A stretch of DNA of 61,960 nucleotides, the filler included, from Sphacelaria rigidula (lineage: Eukaryota), in assembly GCA_964200075.2 (NCBI GenBank). It is 11 parts of 11 records of this genome, joined end to end, with 100 filler letters (N's around TTAATTAATTAA, not from the genome) between each part and the next. Parts side by side here need not be neighbours in the genome. Positions count along the whole stretch, not along the records: positions 11,286 to 16,827 come from CAXNAA020026484.1; positions 16,928 to 22,469 come from CAXNAA020026485.1; positions 22,570 to 28,111 come from CAXNAA020026486.1; 8 more parts are not named here. The stretch is one strand, 5' to 3'. Made by a program: the position numbers and the translations under genes. Numbering within the stretch: the first letter of the stretch is position 1; each line of letters opens with the position of its first letter. The notes under the pieces were generated by a model. It was not told where the DNA came from, did no database searches, and saw only the letters and a program-made list of their open reading frames with translations. This document shows positions 12,975 to 24,532 of the stretch, piece by piece.

Positions 12975-13545
12975 GAGGATATGTTCTACAGGGTACGAGA
13001 TTTTGCATACCCGAGGTATTTATCCGGTTAATTCCCGTACCCGGTAGTTTTGTAAGTTCTGTAAGCCTCTCATACCGGTACCAGATAACTCGGTAAGTTC
13101 TGCAAGCCTTGCATACAGATGCCCGATAGTTCTGTGAGATTTGTACGAAATTGTTACCCCTAACCGGGGCACGGATATAGCGTTGTACAAGCACCCGAAC
13201 GCGGGTAAGGATTTCCATACAGCGCCCATACCGTACCCAACAGTACAGTGCTGTACGTTCTCAAGAATCCTATACCGGTACTCGATAATTCTGTAATACC
13301 TGTAAGCCTCCCATACCCGTGCCCGATAGCTATTCACGATCTGCACAAAAATGTACCGTCACCGGGGGCACAAGTACACCCTTACTGATATACCCGGTCG
13401 CGGGCAAGAGTTGCTGTACAACCACCATACAGTATTCCGCCAGGCCGTGTAAGTTTAGTAAGACTTCCCGACCGGTATCCGACAGTCCTGTGAGTTCCGT
13501 GAGGAATCCCATACCCTACCGAACATACCCGTAACCTACAGGATA
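12975..13545. repeat. Repeat element built from recurring ACCCGTACCCGG / GTAAGTTCTGTAAG motifs
   Basis: Many degenerate copies, e.g. CCCGTACCCGGTAGTTTTGTAAGTTCTGTAAG (13034), GGTAAGTTCTGCAAG (13092), TTCTGTAATACCTGTAAG (13289), GTGTAAGTTTAGTAAG (13447). Confidence 0.6.
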
Positions 13546-15832
13546 CAACCATGCGTATGTCAATTTTTTGTCAGGTTCCCCGGTTCGTGGTTTGTGTCAC
13601 TAATTTTCAAAAACGACAATGGTGCAGCCATTTGATTGTCTGATATATAACCAGAACTCCAAGTCGAGTGTACTCACATGATCCTCTTCTCCGTCAAGAG
13701 GTTCGTGAGTCCATGAGCCGTCGGCGGCGGCAGTCATGCCAAGAAGCCTGGCTGGTCCCTCCCGCAAGAAGCCGTCCTCGTAGTCATCGTAGAATATTGT
13801 GGTATCAAAGATGTTGTTCGGCATCCTGAAAACCTTCTTTGTAGGCAACTTCGGGGCCATCACTAAGCGGGTGTGCTCATCCAACTCTTTTCTGCCGAGG
13901 CAAAGGGCGAGAATGTATCGGGCGGCTGGTGACGTTCAATGGCTGGTGGTATTGACGAGGATTGTGCGTTTGGTTGCGCCGGTGACGGTAGCATTCAACC
14001 CACAACTCAATTTGTTTCATAGCCCAGCAGCACGACTGGTGCATTATCGTGACTGTGCCGTGCAGAAGCAAGGTAAACTCGATGGCGCGTTGTTGTATTG
14101 CAGCTCGCTTTGTGCTTGCTGATATTCACTCAATTTCGGAGTGAGGCAACGGTGCACGACGAAGGGTATTCCGCACGGTTACCTACCCCACCCCCACGCC
14201 CCCCCTCCTCCCCGTCGGAGGGCCGAGAAAGGAAATTTTTGTACTCCGTTTTAGATTTTCTCCCTCTTTTCCTCTCTCTCAATCCATGTGCTCGCTGCAC
14301 GTTAGCCCTCATACACATGGTAAACACGTAATCGTTGGAAACACTTACATGCTACTACTGTTGGTCAGGTTGGTTTCATTTGATTATCGTGGTTGGAGAC
14401 GATCCCAGCCTATTACCATCTCCTGTGACAATCTTAGACAAGAAGAAAAAAACATTAACCGCAACTTGCATCTACGCTTGTGCAAACCGGAAATGACGGA
14501 AGGGATTGGTCATGACCCTACGAGAATGGTAGTGCATAGAATGTTCTGACAAGCCTTATCACCCAAAACACCTGCAACACCACATTATTTGCCCGATATT
14601 CCACTACTCCATCGAATAGCACGGGATTTTGCCAGTTGTGCATGTATGTTTGTTTTGAGGATAAGCCTTGGGAACATACATGTGCATCGATGCGCTCTTC
14701 GCCCGTGATAACGTGTGTGGTCTTGCTCACCGCAAGAGGCAAGTTCACCCGCAGTTTGTAAATACCCGTGTTAACAGGGGATTCTGACGAATAAAAACAA
14801 TTTTTTCATACGGGAATGAACGAATCTTGCAATTGCTTGGTATAAACCCGAGATTTCACAAATTACGGATGTAATTTTTTTAGGATGGGAGAGGCTATAC
14901 GTCACGGCCGGAAAGTGCATTTGCATTTTTTCGCAAATATTTCGATGCTTATGAAGGCTCCCAAGGCTCATTTTCAAAACAAACCCATCCCTAATATGGA
15001 AAACCCCGTGATAAACGTTTAGAGCTCTATCTACTATGATACCTCAAGATTTCAACTACTATCCAAACCGTGACCAAGCAAATGATATTATCCCGTTCCC
15101 GTACAGGTCATTACCGTGCAGTTCATATTCTCCCATGACCATCAAGACAATCACCTCCTGTGCTTTATCATTCACACCGAAACCAGAAAGATATACCGCG
15201 CAAAATATTGCTTCCAATTACTGTACAGGAAAGCAAAATGAGCTCCACTGCTAGGTCGACATTACCTTACCCGATTAGGACAGAAGTGGGTACGAGTTAT
15301 CATGGTGAATAGGTCAGATTTTCAATCCTCGCTGTACCTCTTTAGACTCATTTGTTTATTCATTTCTTTTCTGTTTTTGTATTTCGTTTCGCTTTCTGTA
15401 TCTTGTTGAATGGCGGGTTTTTTTCAAGTTTTTTTTCTCCAAGAACCCTAGCCCAAGAGGACCCTACATTTTCTTCTTCGGTAAACGCGCGCGCGCTGAG
15501 CACTCAAGCACCGAAGTTCAAAGTACCACGCCGAAAAACACACGACCGAAGGCAAGTAATCATGCGCGAATATGGAGCTCTTGGTGACGGCCCCGACAGT
15601 GGAGGTTGTCATGTGATTTCGTCTGCCTCGGTGAGTCCTTCCACCAGTGGTGCTGGTGCTTGTACTGCAGCCATACCTGCTGACGGTCTCGTTGTGCAGC
15701 AGCTTGCTTCAGCCTTCCTACTGTGTTCAATAATATGCTAACCTTGCATTTATCGTCTATCTTTTTCCAGGTTTGCCAACAATGCGTACGATTTCGTGTT
15801 CGGATGTCCAGGCATGAGCTATCACGGAGTGA

Positions 15833-16080
15833 TGCTACGGTAGGGGTGCACTTTTTGCGCGAAACCTTGTCTGGTGCAGGGACTCCTTACGGTTTCAGAT
15901 GTACAAGAATGTGGGTCAGGCCATCCCCGTTTTCAAATTCATTCGGGATATCCCCAGCACATTGGAATAGTAATCCGGCCGTACTCTCACATCTTTCCAT
16001 AAGTCGTGTTTTGGATGAGATAAAGGGCTCCTAACAATAATTCTAACCTCAGAAAGTATTTGTGCACCCCTACCGTAGCA
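15833..16080. mobile_element. Complete 248-bp MITE with perfect 19-bp terminal inverted repeats
   Basis: TGCTACGGTAGGGGTGCAC (15833-15851) and GTGCACCCCTACCGTAGCA (16062-16080). A second family copy lies at 5457-5543. Confidence 0.85.
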
Positions 16081-16160
16081 CTGCTCCACGGTGAGTTGCC
16101 ACACGATAAAGGAATACACACGAGAAACAGGAACATTATCAGATCATCAATAATACCGTG

Positions 16161-16372
16161 GTGGCTGGTTCCCGTACCAATGACTACCAGAATGGCACGC
16201 TACCATCTCAAAGTTACCGTGCATCACCGAGGTACGACTGATTCCTGTACCAATGAGTACCAAGGTGGCCAGTTATCACCCAACGTTAACCGTGGATTAC
16301 GAATGTGGCTGATTCCTGTACCAACGAGTATGATGCAGGGTGACCAGTTCCAGTCCAAAATTGACCGTGCAT
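16161..16372 (+). repeat. Three degenerate tandem units of about 72 bp
   Basis: Core (G/A)CTG(G/A)TTCC(C/T)GTACCAA(T/C)GA(C/G)TA at about 16164, 16237 and 16308. Each unit ends in an ACCGTG(C/G)AT motif. Confidence 0.75.
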
Positions 16373-18227
16373 AACTGTAATGCCTGGATACCGTGGTGAA
16401 CGTTACCAACCTCATGAAGACATACATACCGAACTGAGGATTGGTTTTTCGTTTTCATTATTTTATTAGGCTCTAATTTTTTGTTATTATTTTTTTCCAT
16501 TTCCTTTATTTTCTCCCTGTATTCTGCTTTTTCTCACCGTTCCTTATTGTGTTCATTTTTCTCTTCTTTTCTTCCTCTCTTATCTCCACTCATTCAAGAA
16601 TTTTACTCGGTTCAGGTGATTTACTTCAGTTTCTTTTCTTCTCTTCTTCATTAATTCCTGGTTATTTCTCTCTTATTCCTTTCCTTTCTTTTCTCTATTT
16701 TTGTCTATTCATCTCTATTCTATTAGTTTTCATGTATCTCATTTCGTTTATTATTTCATTTTTTTTTTTTTTTTTTTTTTTTTTTTAGTGTGGTTGTGCA
16801 GGTGCTTTTCTTGTCTCTTTTTTTTTTNNNNNNNNNNNNNNNNNNNNNNNNNNNNNNNNNNNNNNNNNNNNTTAATTAATTAANNNNNNNNNNNNNNNNN
16901 NNNNNNNNNNNNNNNNNNNNNNNNNNNGTTCCATCGAGAACGTTGTGACCTCCGTCCAAACCTCAGACTGGAATTATCTCATGGGTCATGGATGCATGTT
17001 CCACCCTGAGGCTCTAAGAACTGTGGTGAGAGTCAAAGGTAATTTGACATGCCTAAATCCCGATTTCTCTCAGGCCGCAAAAGCGCAGACCCTATCGCAG
17101 CATCACTTCTAAGTAATTACGAATGTTGACTTGCGACCAGCCGCAGCTACTGCTGTACCCGACGCCTTTGCTTCTGCTCATTATTCCGTGTTCGTTGCTC
17201 GTCTGTTCATGGGATCATCCGTGTAGGTTGACCTTATGACTGCCAGCGTGGGTCATCCGTTGAAACGGCATGCTTCTCACTTGAAAAATGAGCGCGAGGC
17301 CCAGATCACCCACCGCCGCGGCCGAAGGATTTAGATCAGTCTCACCAAAGACATGCGTTTAATGTTCCGCGGGCGCGATCGGGCCATACAGTAGCAACAA
17401 GACGTCATTAATCATGCAGAAAGAATGTGTCATACCCGCGAATGTGGGCGTGCCTGCGCCTATCGAAGCATGGGAACTCTGTGGGAGTTTTTTCTAGTTT
17501 TTCCCTTTGCCCTTTCGAATTTCATTCTTGACGTCTGCGAGGCCGACGACCCCGACGACCGTTGCACACGATCAGTTGAAGATAGCAAGTGTGCATGGGT
17601 GGTGTTTCCCGTTTTTTTCGCAGGCGGGGGTCCTGGCCTAGTTGTGCATGCAACCATCGCGAGCGCCCCGCGTCGGCCAGTACAGGTAGCACACGAAGAA
17701 CATGCCCAATGAGGGTGTATTGCTCACATTCATCTCCGCTCACGGTCTCAACCCTGCCCCCGCTTTGCCTTCCTACCTTCCTCTCTCACACGGCCCTCAT
17801 GGTAAGGGCGCTTCATGTTTCCAAAATGGTACTAGTGATTTAGATACCACAAGACTCGGGTCAAGAAAATGATGTTCGAGGGTTATGACCGGGAAGGCCG
17901 AGGATGGACTGCCAATTCGTGAGTGCTCTGCCATGACCACCGATCGATGCCGTCGCTGTTTAATAACTCCTCAAAAATAAGCTGTTCTCAATCGTGGCTT
18001 CGCTCACCTAGACGCTGGGGGTGTACGCGACGTGTGAGTGTCGTTAGCGACAAAGGCGGACGGTCGCCTCGAAAAACAAAACTTCAACAAATACATTATC
18101 CACAAAACGAGACACCATCAATTGAATCCTCGATATATTTACGATCTACACCGTGTTCGGGTGTCGACAATAAAAAACTCATGGATTGTCATCTCACCCA
18201 ACACCGCAACCAATGCTATCGCCATAC

Positions 18228-19063
18228 CGTATGCTTCGTAGCCTTCCCGCACCCACAACCCCGCAGCAAAACAAACCCCGCAAGACAAGCCCCGCCACCA
18301 CGTCCTCGCCACTCTCGTTCTATTCAAAACTGGCACTGGTAACGACAACTCATCAACGTTATCATCGTCTACAGTGCCAGTGGCATCGGCAGTAGTAGTA
18401 GTAGCAGCAGCAGCTGAAGCAGCATTCGTGTCCGAATATCGCCATCCCGACTCACTACAACGACTGTCCTCGGCCGCACTACCATCTTTATTCTCGGTAT
18501 CACTCGTGTGTCGTGTGCGACGGGGATAACGCGATGTGCCAACAACACCACTGCTACTCCGGCCTCCTTCGGCACTAACGCTACGCCTGTGACAGCGTTC
18601 CCGAAGTTCTACTTTACCTTCACTCTCGTCATTATTGGAACCGCAGTTACTGCTACCATTATTGTTGGTGTAGTAACTGCTACTATTGCTGTTGGCATCG
18701 TCATTGCCTTGTTGCGCCTCCTGCTTTTCACGTCGGTTGTTTCTTCGTGGCCCAGGTTCGGTGCCCATGGAGGCGCGCTGTGCGCGCGCAAAAGCAGACG
18801 CAGTGCACCTATCATCCCGAACATCACCATCGTACTCATCGTCGTCCTCATCGTCGTGGCGGTCGGCTTTGGTTCTTACAGTTGCGTTGGGCAATGCGTC
18901 CTCCGTAGATCCCGGGCGTCGCCGTAACCGTAAATCGGTGCCACTGTAACGTGGCTCGGTGCGGTGTACGGCATCCTTGTATCGCGAATCCGACGCGGAA
19001 AAAGGTCGAACCGGGGAGGCGAAACGGCGATTTACTGGGGATTCCGTACTGCTTTCAAAACGT

Positions 19064-19109
<46 letters not shown>

Positions 19110-19209
19110 GCTGCTGCTGCTGCTGTCGAAGAATTGTGGAACGGCTTGCTTTACTTGGAGGTGTTCTCAGGCTGCGGAGGATGGTGCTCAGCCGATCCAA
19201 ATGTTCATC
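18228..19209 (-). CDS. Large internal exon of an unknown low-complexity protein with polyQ and a hydrophobic C-terminal segment
   Basis: Pyrimidine-rich acceptor ccttcccccaccacacag|GAT at 19209. The frame is open: DEHLDRLSTILRSLR...Q16RQ4...WWRGLSCGVCFAAGLW. The donor is either G|GTATGG at 18228 or G|GTGAGA near 18198 (uncertain). No family recognised. Confidence 0.6.
19062..19125 (-). repeat. (CAG)5(CAA)11 CGA (CAA)4 coding trinucleotide repeat
   Basis: Read directly from the sequence; encodes Q16-R-Q4. Confidence 0.95.
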
Positions 19210-20117
19210 CTGTGTGGTGGGGGAAGGGGGAGGACGTGGGATATGGAAGGGAGGTACATACGTCATTATCATTTTATCGTTTAGCGCTTCAGGTAGTACC
19301 ATGAACATTTGACGGTATTCGTGTAACAACGGCAGCAGTCTCCCAGGAGCTTGGGAGATTATTTGGGGAAACTCGGAGAGAAATACATGGTGCTCACATG
19401 GTGCTGACATTGTGCACACGGCGATGGGCCATGTTTTAGCAGGCTTACCGATGCATCCTCCTCCACTTGTAGCACGTGAGTATTAGTCGTTCAAGATGAA
19501 GTTGTCAATTCGTCTAGCTTCGTGTCTTTCCGTGTACTGACTCTAGGGGTTGATCGCTGCCACGGAGCGACGGAGCAGTATATCCAGAGAGCGTTCACTG
19601 CGGGCGGAGCGGGCCGCCTCGTATTCATGACTGGACTCGCTACACTTACTATACTTACTATACCTGCAGCAGAGGATAACTACGTGTTCGTGGAAAGATT
19701 ACGCCGAACCCCAACGGTTTTGTTCAGCAGCAGCGAAAGCAAGGTGATATTGAGATACCTCCGCGGCACCAAAACCGCACCGATAAGCCACGCACTCATT
19801 GGAGGACTTCACGCTACCTCCGTCCGAGCAGTGTTCCTACGATGGAGACAGGGCACCCGGAACTGTACATTGATAGAGCGTAATGTATTGGACACCTGCG
19901 CTCGGTGTATGCTCCGAGCACAACTCTGTATTGCAGTTCATATTGTACAGTACGATGTATATACACCTGCTGATAAACACACACACACACAACGTACCGG
20001 TGAGACTCCAGTAGTAGCACCCCCCCTCCCGCCCCCCCGCCCGTCCCATCCCTCCTCCCCCTCCACCTTCACCCCGGGACCCCTCACTACTGGCCACAGC
20101 CGTCCCCTGCACCACAC

Positions 20118-20205
20118 CTCTACTGGTAACCAGCGTAGACGACGCCAATCCCGCTGAGGAACTGGTGGCGGCGGCAGTTCTTCGGCCGCGTCGGCAGCGT
20201 CTACG
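20118..20205 (-). CDS. Upstream 88-nt exon of the same unknown gene
   Basis: ccag|C GTA GAC...GTA GAG|gtgtgg encodes VDAADAAEELPPPPVPQRDWRRLRWLPVE. It ends in phase 0, in frame with the 19209 exon. Confidence 0.5.
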
Positions 20206-20739
20206 CTGGATATCAATGGAGGGGTGGCGTGGGGACGGCTGCGGCCGGTAGTGGAGGGTCCCAGGGTGAAGGTGGGGGTGAAGGAGGAGAGGGGGAGGGA
20301 GGCGTGCTAGCATCATATCTCTGGCGATCCCTGGAAGTGGATTTTACGCGAGCTTGTCGTCAATTCACCACGGTTGAGAAATACTTGATAATGCAGCAGG
20401 ATAGTCAGATCCGAATCTGTCAAGAGCTGACAGCCCCGCGGCACGCGTTTTCACTTAAATCGGCATCTACGACCAACCCTCATGGCAGGTGATGTGGCTG
20501 TACGGTTCGCCCGATCACCCGTGAATGAGACCACCTAAACAAATCATGCGGGACGGTAACCCTCTCGAACCGCAATACTGTAGATACTTTTTATTTTCGT
20601 CCCGAGAAAATCAGGTAATTTCAGGCTGAGATTGCCCCAAAACCAGGCCAGATGGTTTGGATGAGTTTGTGTTCAGGCGTTGGCCTCGGGCAGTTCATGG
20701 TGGAGACGATACTGTCTTGACGGGTACAGCCTTGACTCC

Positions 20740-21340
20740 TGTATGGGTACCGCGGTGCCACATGCGTGCACAACTCGCAGCTCACTGTACCTCAAGAGGG
20801 GGACACAGATCGCACAAGCGACGTATTGCCAAAGTCATCGCCACTCGGCCAAAACAACCTAGTCTCGCTCACAACAGCATTGCGGCTGTCGACTTGTGGA
20901 CAAAAACGTGGGACCAGTCACGTGATCGACAGTAATTGCCATCATCGCCGTGCGAAGTTCTTCACTCACCGTCCCCATCGTTCATGGCCAAAGGTCATGC
21001 TACACAGGGAATTGAACAGAGCTTCAGGTATCGACAAGTGGATAGGAAGAAGGTCGTTCCAGCCGTGAAAGATTTCGGCCAGAGCGTTGTCGTGCTTTCA
21101 AATATGGCCTTATACACGCACCAAATACAGTGGGGTAATGACTGAGACCACCGGATTGTCTTCCAGGTGTAGCCATTTTTATGCATCCGTGACGTGCTCG
21201 ACACGGCCAAGCATCTCACCGTCACATCACCACCGTCCCATAAGGTCGATCCGAATGAACTGGGAGAGCCCAACTTTACCCGAATCACCGGAGCGATGAA
21301 ACGCAACTTTTTGCAGATCCAGGTCGCCTGCTATACGAGT
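20740..21340 (+). mobile_element. Decayed Ty3/Gypsy integrase remnant
   Basis: Motifs appear in the expected order across shifting frames: AAHCTSRGGHRS (HHCC His pair), PCEVLHS (~PxEVLHFD), VKDFGQSVV (~VKDDFS), GV...LSSRCSHF (~FGVP..SDxGSHF). Confidence 0.5.
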
Positions 21341-23115
21341 CGGCCTAAGCTTAGTCCAGGAGATCTAGGGAGTGCCATTTTTACCCAAACCACCCGAGTG
21401 ATGAGGCGCAACTTTTTCGCGGACCTCGATCGCCTTTCGTTACAGTCGGCCAATGGCGCCGATGTCAGCCATGCCGACGCACACTTCTCATAGCAAACCA
21501 TGTGAATACCCCTTGCCCGAGGGCTCTCGGTGTTGGTTTACCTTTGGGTTAGAGTTGGGGTTACAATATATAGGGACGGAAAGCAGCGGGGGGAGAGATG
21601 AGACAACACTGCACTGTACTCTTAAGACATGCTAACCGAGGCCGACACATATTGGACATTTTTCCAAAAAGCGTGTAGGATCTTCCTGTTCGAAAATGGT
21701 ACAAACCAACGAGATGGGAATGATCGGCCGAGTCGATCGCAAAGAAGCGAATGGGCCGCCCGGTCAGTTAGGAAAAGAAGCGCAGAAGGCCATCTGCACC
21801 CATGACACGCACACCTCCCTTCCTGCTACATTGCATCGCCCGTACCGTCTGTTCATCATCCATTTTCACGCAGTGTTATTCCTTTTCGATAATATGGAGG
21901 CTGTGTTTTTGAAGGTTAGACGCCAAGAAAACCCGCACCTCGCTTGTGATGACGCCGAAACTTGGAGGATGTGTTGATTGGTACTACAGCAAGGTGTCGG
22001 AGCCGCAGCCGTGGCTGCACAAGGCTCTGATGGCCCGATCTGCATTGAAACGGTGGATACAATTCTCATCAGATTCTTTGTTTCTTAACCATCTCCTGTC
22101 TCATGACGAGTAATAGTATAGTATGTACAATTTCGGTCAGGCTCGCAGATCGTACGGGTCCTTCAGGCGTCATCGTCAATCTTCGCCCAGTTAGGGATGA
22201 TCGCTTGCAGAAAACCAGAAAATAAAAAGGATGTAGGCTCAACCATACATGTGAGGGTTCGGGCTGAACGTTTGCCGGTCTCAAAAGCTCGACACGTCAA
22301 GGTTAAGCTTATCTCACGCGACCGCTGCGTTCTGCCATGCACCTTGCCCCACGTATCCGACAAGTGGGCAACATGCTCGCACAGACAGTAGCGATGCTAG
22401 TGGATACACGATCCTGACAGTCTGGCAGCCGGCAAGGTAGTTATGGTAGTGCCCCTCTAGCGATCATCCNNNNNNNNNNNNNNNNNNNNNNNNNNNNNNN
22501 NNNNNNNNNNNNNTTAATTAATTAANNNNNNNNNNNNNNNNNNNNNNNNNNNNNNNNNNNNNNNNNNNNGTGAAGGATGGTACTCCAGAAAAACTCAGAA
22601 AAAAAGGACGACCACGAATTCTGAAAACTTTTGACGCTGACTACTATACTATAGATCTCGTCCCCTCTTCTTCGATGTAAGGATAGATACTCGTCAAATG
22701 ACCCCCGTCCAGTCAATGGACAGGCATGTATTGACACGCAGCACACGAGAAAAAAATGTTGGGTTGTGTCTACGGCGTACTATAATAAAGTCTGCGTTGT
22801 GCCGTTCACAGCGTCGTTTTACTCTGTGATGATCCAATCTTCAAAGGACCTGTGAGACATTCTCCGCCAGACAGGGCCCACAACACGAAACTTTCCTGGT
22901 GGAGTCGCGGGAACAGCTTGAATGTTGACAGCTTTTTATATTTCGTACCTCCCAGATGTGTTCCATGTGTTGAGTCGATCGAACCCACTTGGAAAATGAT
23001 TGTCAGGTTCACGTGTCCTGTTACACTTCAATCCTCTAACCTCGACGGTGGGTCATTCGTTTATCACTAGTGAAAATGATGCCAATTCAACAGATGACCT
23101 ACGAGCTGGGCCAGC

Positions 23116-23222
23116 TTACCCCTCAGACGGCGAGATTAGTCTTTCTGGATCATGCATACTTTTTTTCACTTGAATTTTTTTGCCGATTCAACAGAAGACT
23201 AACCTCGCGGTCCAAGGGTTAA
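23116..23222. mobile_element. TTAA-flanked (piggyBac-type) mini-MITE of about 100 bp
   Basis: TTAC-CCCTCAGACGGCGAG...CTCGCGGTCCAAGGG-TTAA. The internal TGCCGATTCAACAGA is shared with 24427-24532 and 50330-50535. Confidence 0.75.
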
Positions 23223-23339
23223 AAGTGGCTAAAAGTTGCTCATACCACAGCTTTCCCAGTTTCCCGAATGAGTCCGCTGTAAGCATATCACTGTCAAGTA
23301 CAGACCAACCTGGGTACACACGGCACCGCCGCTGAATGA

Positions 23340-23468
23340 AAGAGAAAAAAAAAAAAATGTACTGCATACTGTATAACCTTCACGACGGACGAAAAAAAAG
23401 AATATGTCGGGATTCGAACTCATGACCTCCAATAATTGGAGTCTCCTACCACTTGATTTACAGGAGTG
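23340..23468 (-). mobile_element. tRNA-derived SINE-like fragment
   Basis: The minus strand reads CACTCCTG-TAAATCAAGTGGTAG (A-box-like)...GAGTTCGAATCCC (B box), followed by T-runs. It does not form a full cloverleaf. Confidence 0.55.
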
Positions 23469-24426
23469 CAGCAGCGGCACGGAAAATGTTGCACGCAGAG
23501 CCCAATTCGACGGCTTTTGAGCTGAAATTTCAGGAAGACCTTCTGCATTTAAGTGACTGATACTTTACGTGACCAGCTGCAGATTCTCCTTTTGTGCCTA
23601 GACTTGTGACATTATCTTGTATTTTTCTGAAATTTCAAATGCCCATATATATATATATTACTGCTGGTCACGTGATCTTCAGCACTTCGATCGCATAAAG
23701 CTTCTATAAAAAATTCAGCGTCCAACTCCTAATATCGCGCCGTGCGTCGCTTGACCGAGAAACCACCCATTGTCGGCTGGCCCAGCTCGTATCCTGGCGC
23801 GAAAAGGATGCGGTAGAGTGTGTCCCAGTTCGTCTCCAGATTGGACATGGCTGATATTACTTGATTTGGATGTCAACACTTATATTCGGATTTTGAGTGG
23901 GGCTGATAATCCCAGGTGCTCCTTGGGTGTTGTGCGGAGAACGCGTCTTCGTGCCGATATGAGGTCTACCACAAAGCATCCTAATTCTGGGGAACCCTCC
24001 CCCCCCCCTCCCTCCTCCCCAAGATTTATCGATTTGCCTTGGGGCTGGGGCTATGGTTGGGGTCAGCGTTACTTGAGAGCTGTGTCAACCATGGATTATT
24101 TCATTATATATAATCATTATTTGGTGGCAAACTGGGACAAACTCACCTCCAAGGATGACAAGAATCAAAACTAACTTGAAATACAGAGGATGATGTCATA
24201 ATATATACATGCTGTTTGGTTTGTAAGAGTCCGCGCATTTCGGAACTGTTGTATTGTCTGCACGTGGACAATTCGTTCCGTTTATTTTGCGACAGTGGTG
24301 TGATGATAACTGTCTCAGGACATACACAAATCGGAGGGGCTGAAACGTCTTTTCGGCGGCACTTGTGACAGCAAATGATGTCATCCTCCAAATGAAAGCG
24401 CGCTGCCTCGACGGCACGTTAGCAGC

Positions 24427-24532
24427 TTAGCCCTTAGTCGACGAGGGTAGGTCATCTGTTGAATCGGCATCAATTCCACGGAAAAATATTACGCATGGCC
24501 CAGATGGACTACTATCGCGGTCTACGGGTTAA
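24427..24532. mobile_element. TTAA-flanked (piggyBac-type) mini-MITE
   Basis: TTAG-CCCTTAGTCGACGAG...TCGCGGTCTACGGG-TTAA; same family as 50427-50535. Confidence 0.75.

Larger units (their letters stand above)
23102..23789. mobile_element. TA-flanked (Tc1/mariner-type) MITE with perfect 14-bp TIRs, carrying nested insertions
   Basis: TA|CGAGCTGGGCCAGC (23102-23115) ... GCTGGCCCAGCTCG|TA (23776-23789). The same terminus occurs at about 1381, 27693-27703 and 39315. Confidence 0.85.

Noticed and set aside
15562..16034. Apparent two-exon gene (gtgagt donor at 15631, tttttccag acceptor at 15770)
   Set aside because: The peptide is unrecognisable and the second exon runs into a MITE; could be a UTR or chance.
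16161..16372. CRISPR-like pattern of a conserved ~27-nt core with variable intervening sequence
   Set aside because: Only three degenerate units, the intervening parts are themselves similar, there are no cas genes, and the context is eukaryotic. It is an old tandem repeat.
18508..19312. Plus-strand poly-Val, poly-Cys and poly-Leu ORFs
   Set aside because: Alternative-frame readings of the CAG/CAA repeat and of the minus-strand exon.
23400..23468. tRNA genes here and at 49646-49714
   Set aside because: B boxes are present but there are no complete acceptor or anticodon stems; treated as SINE-like.
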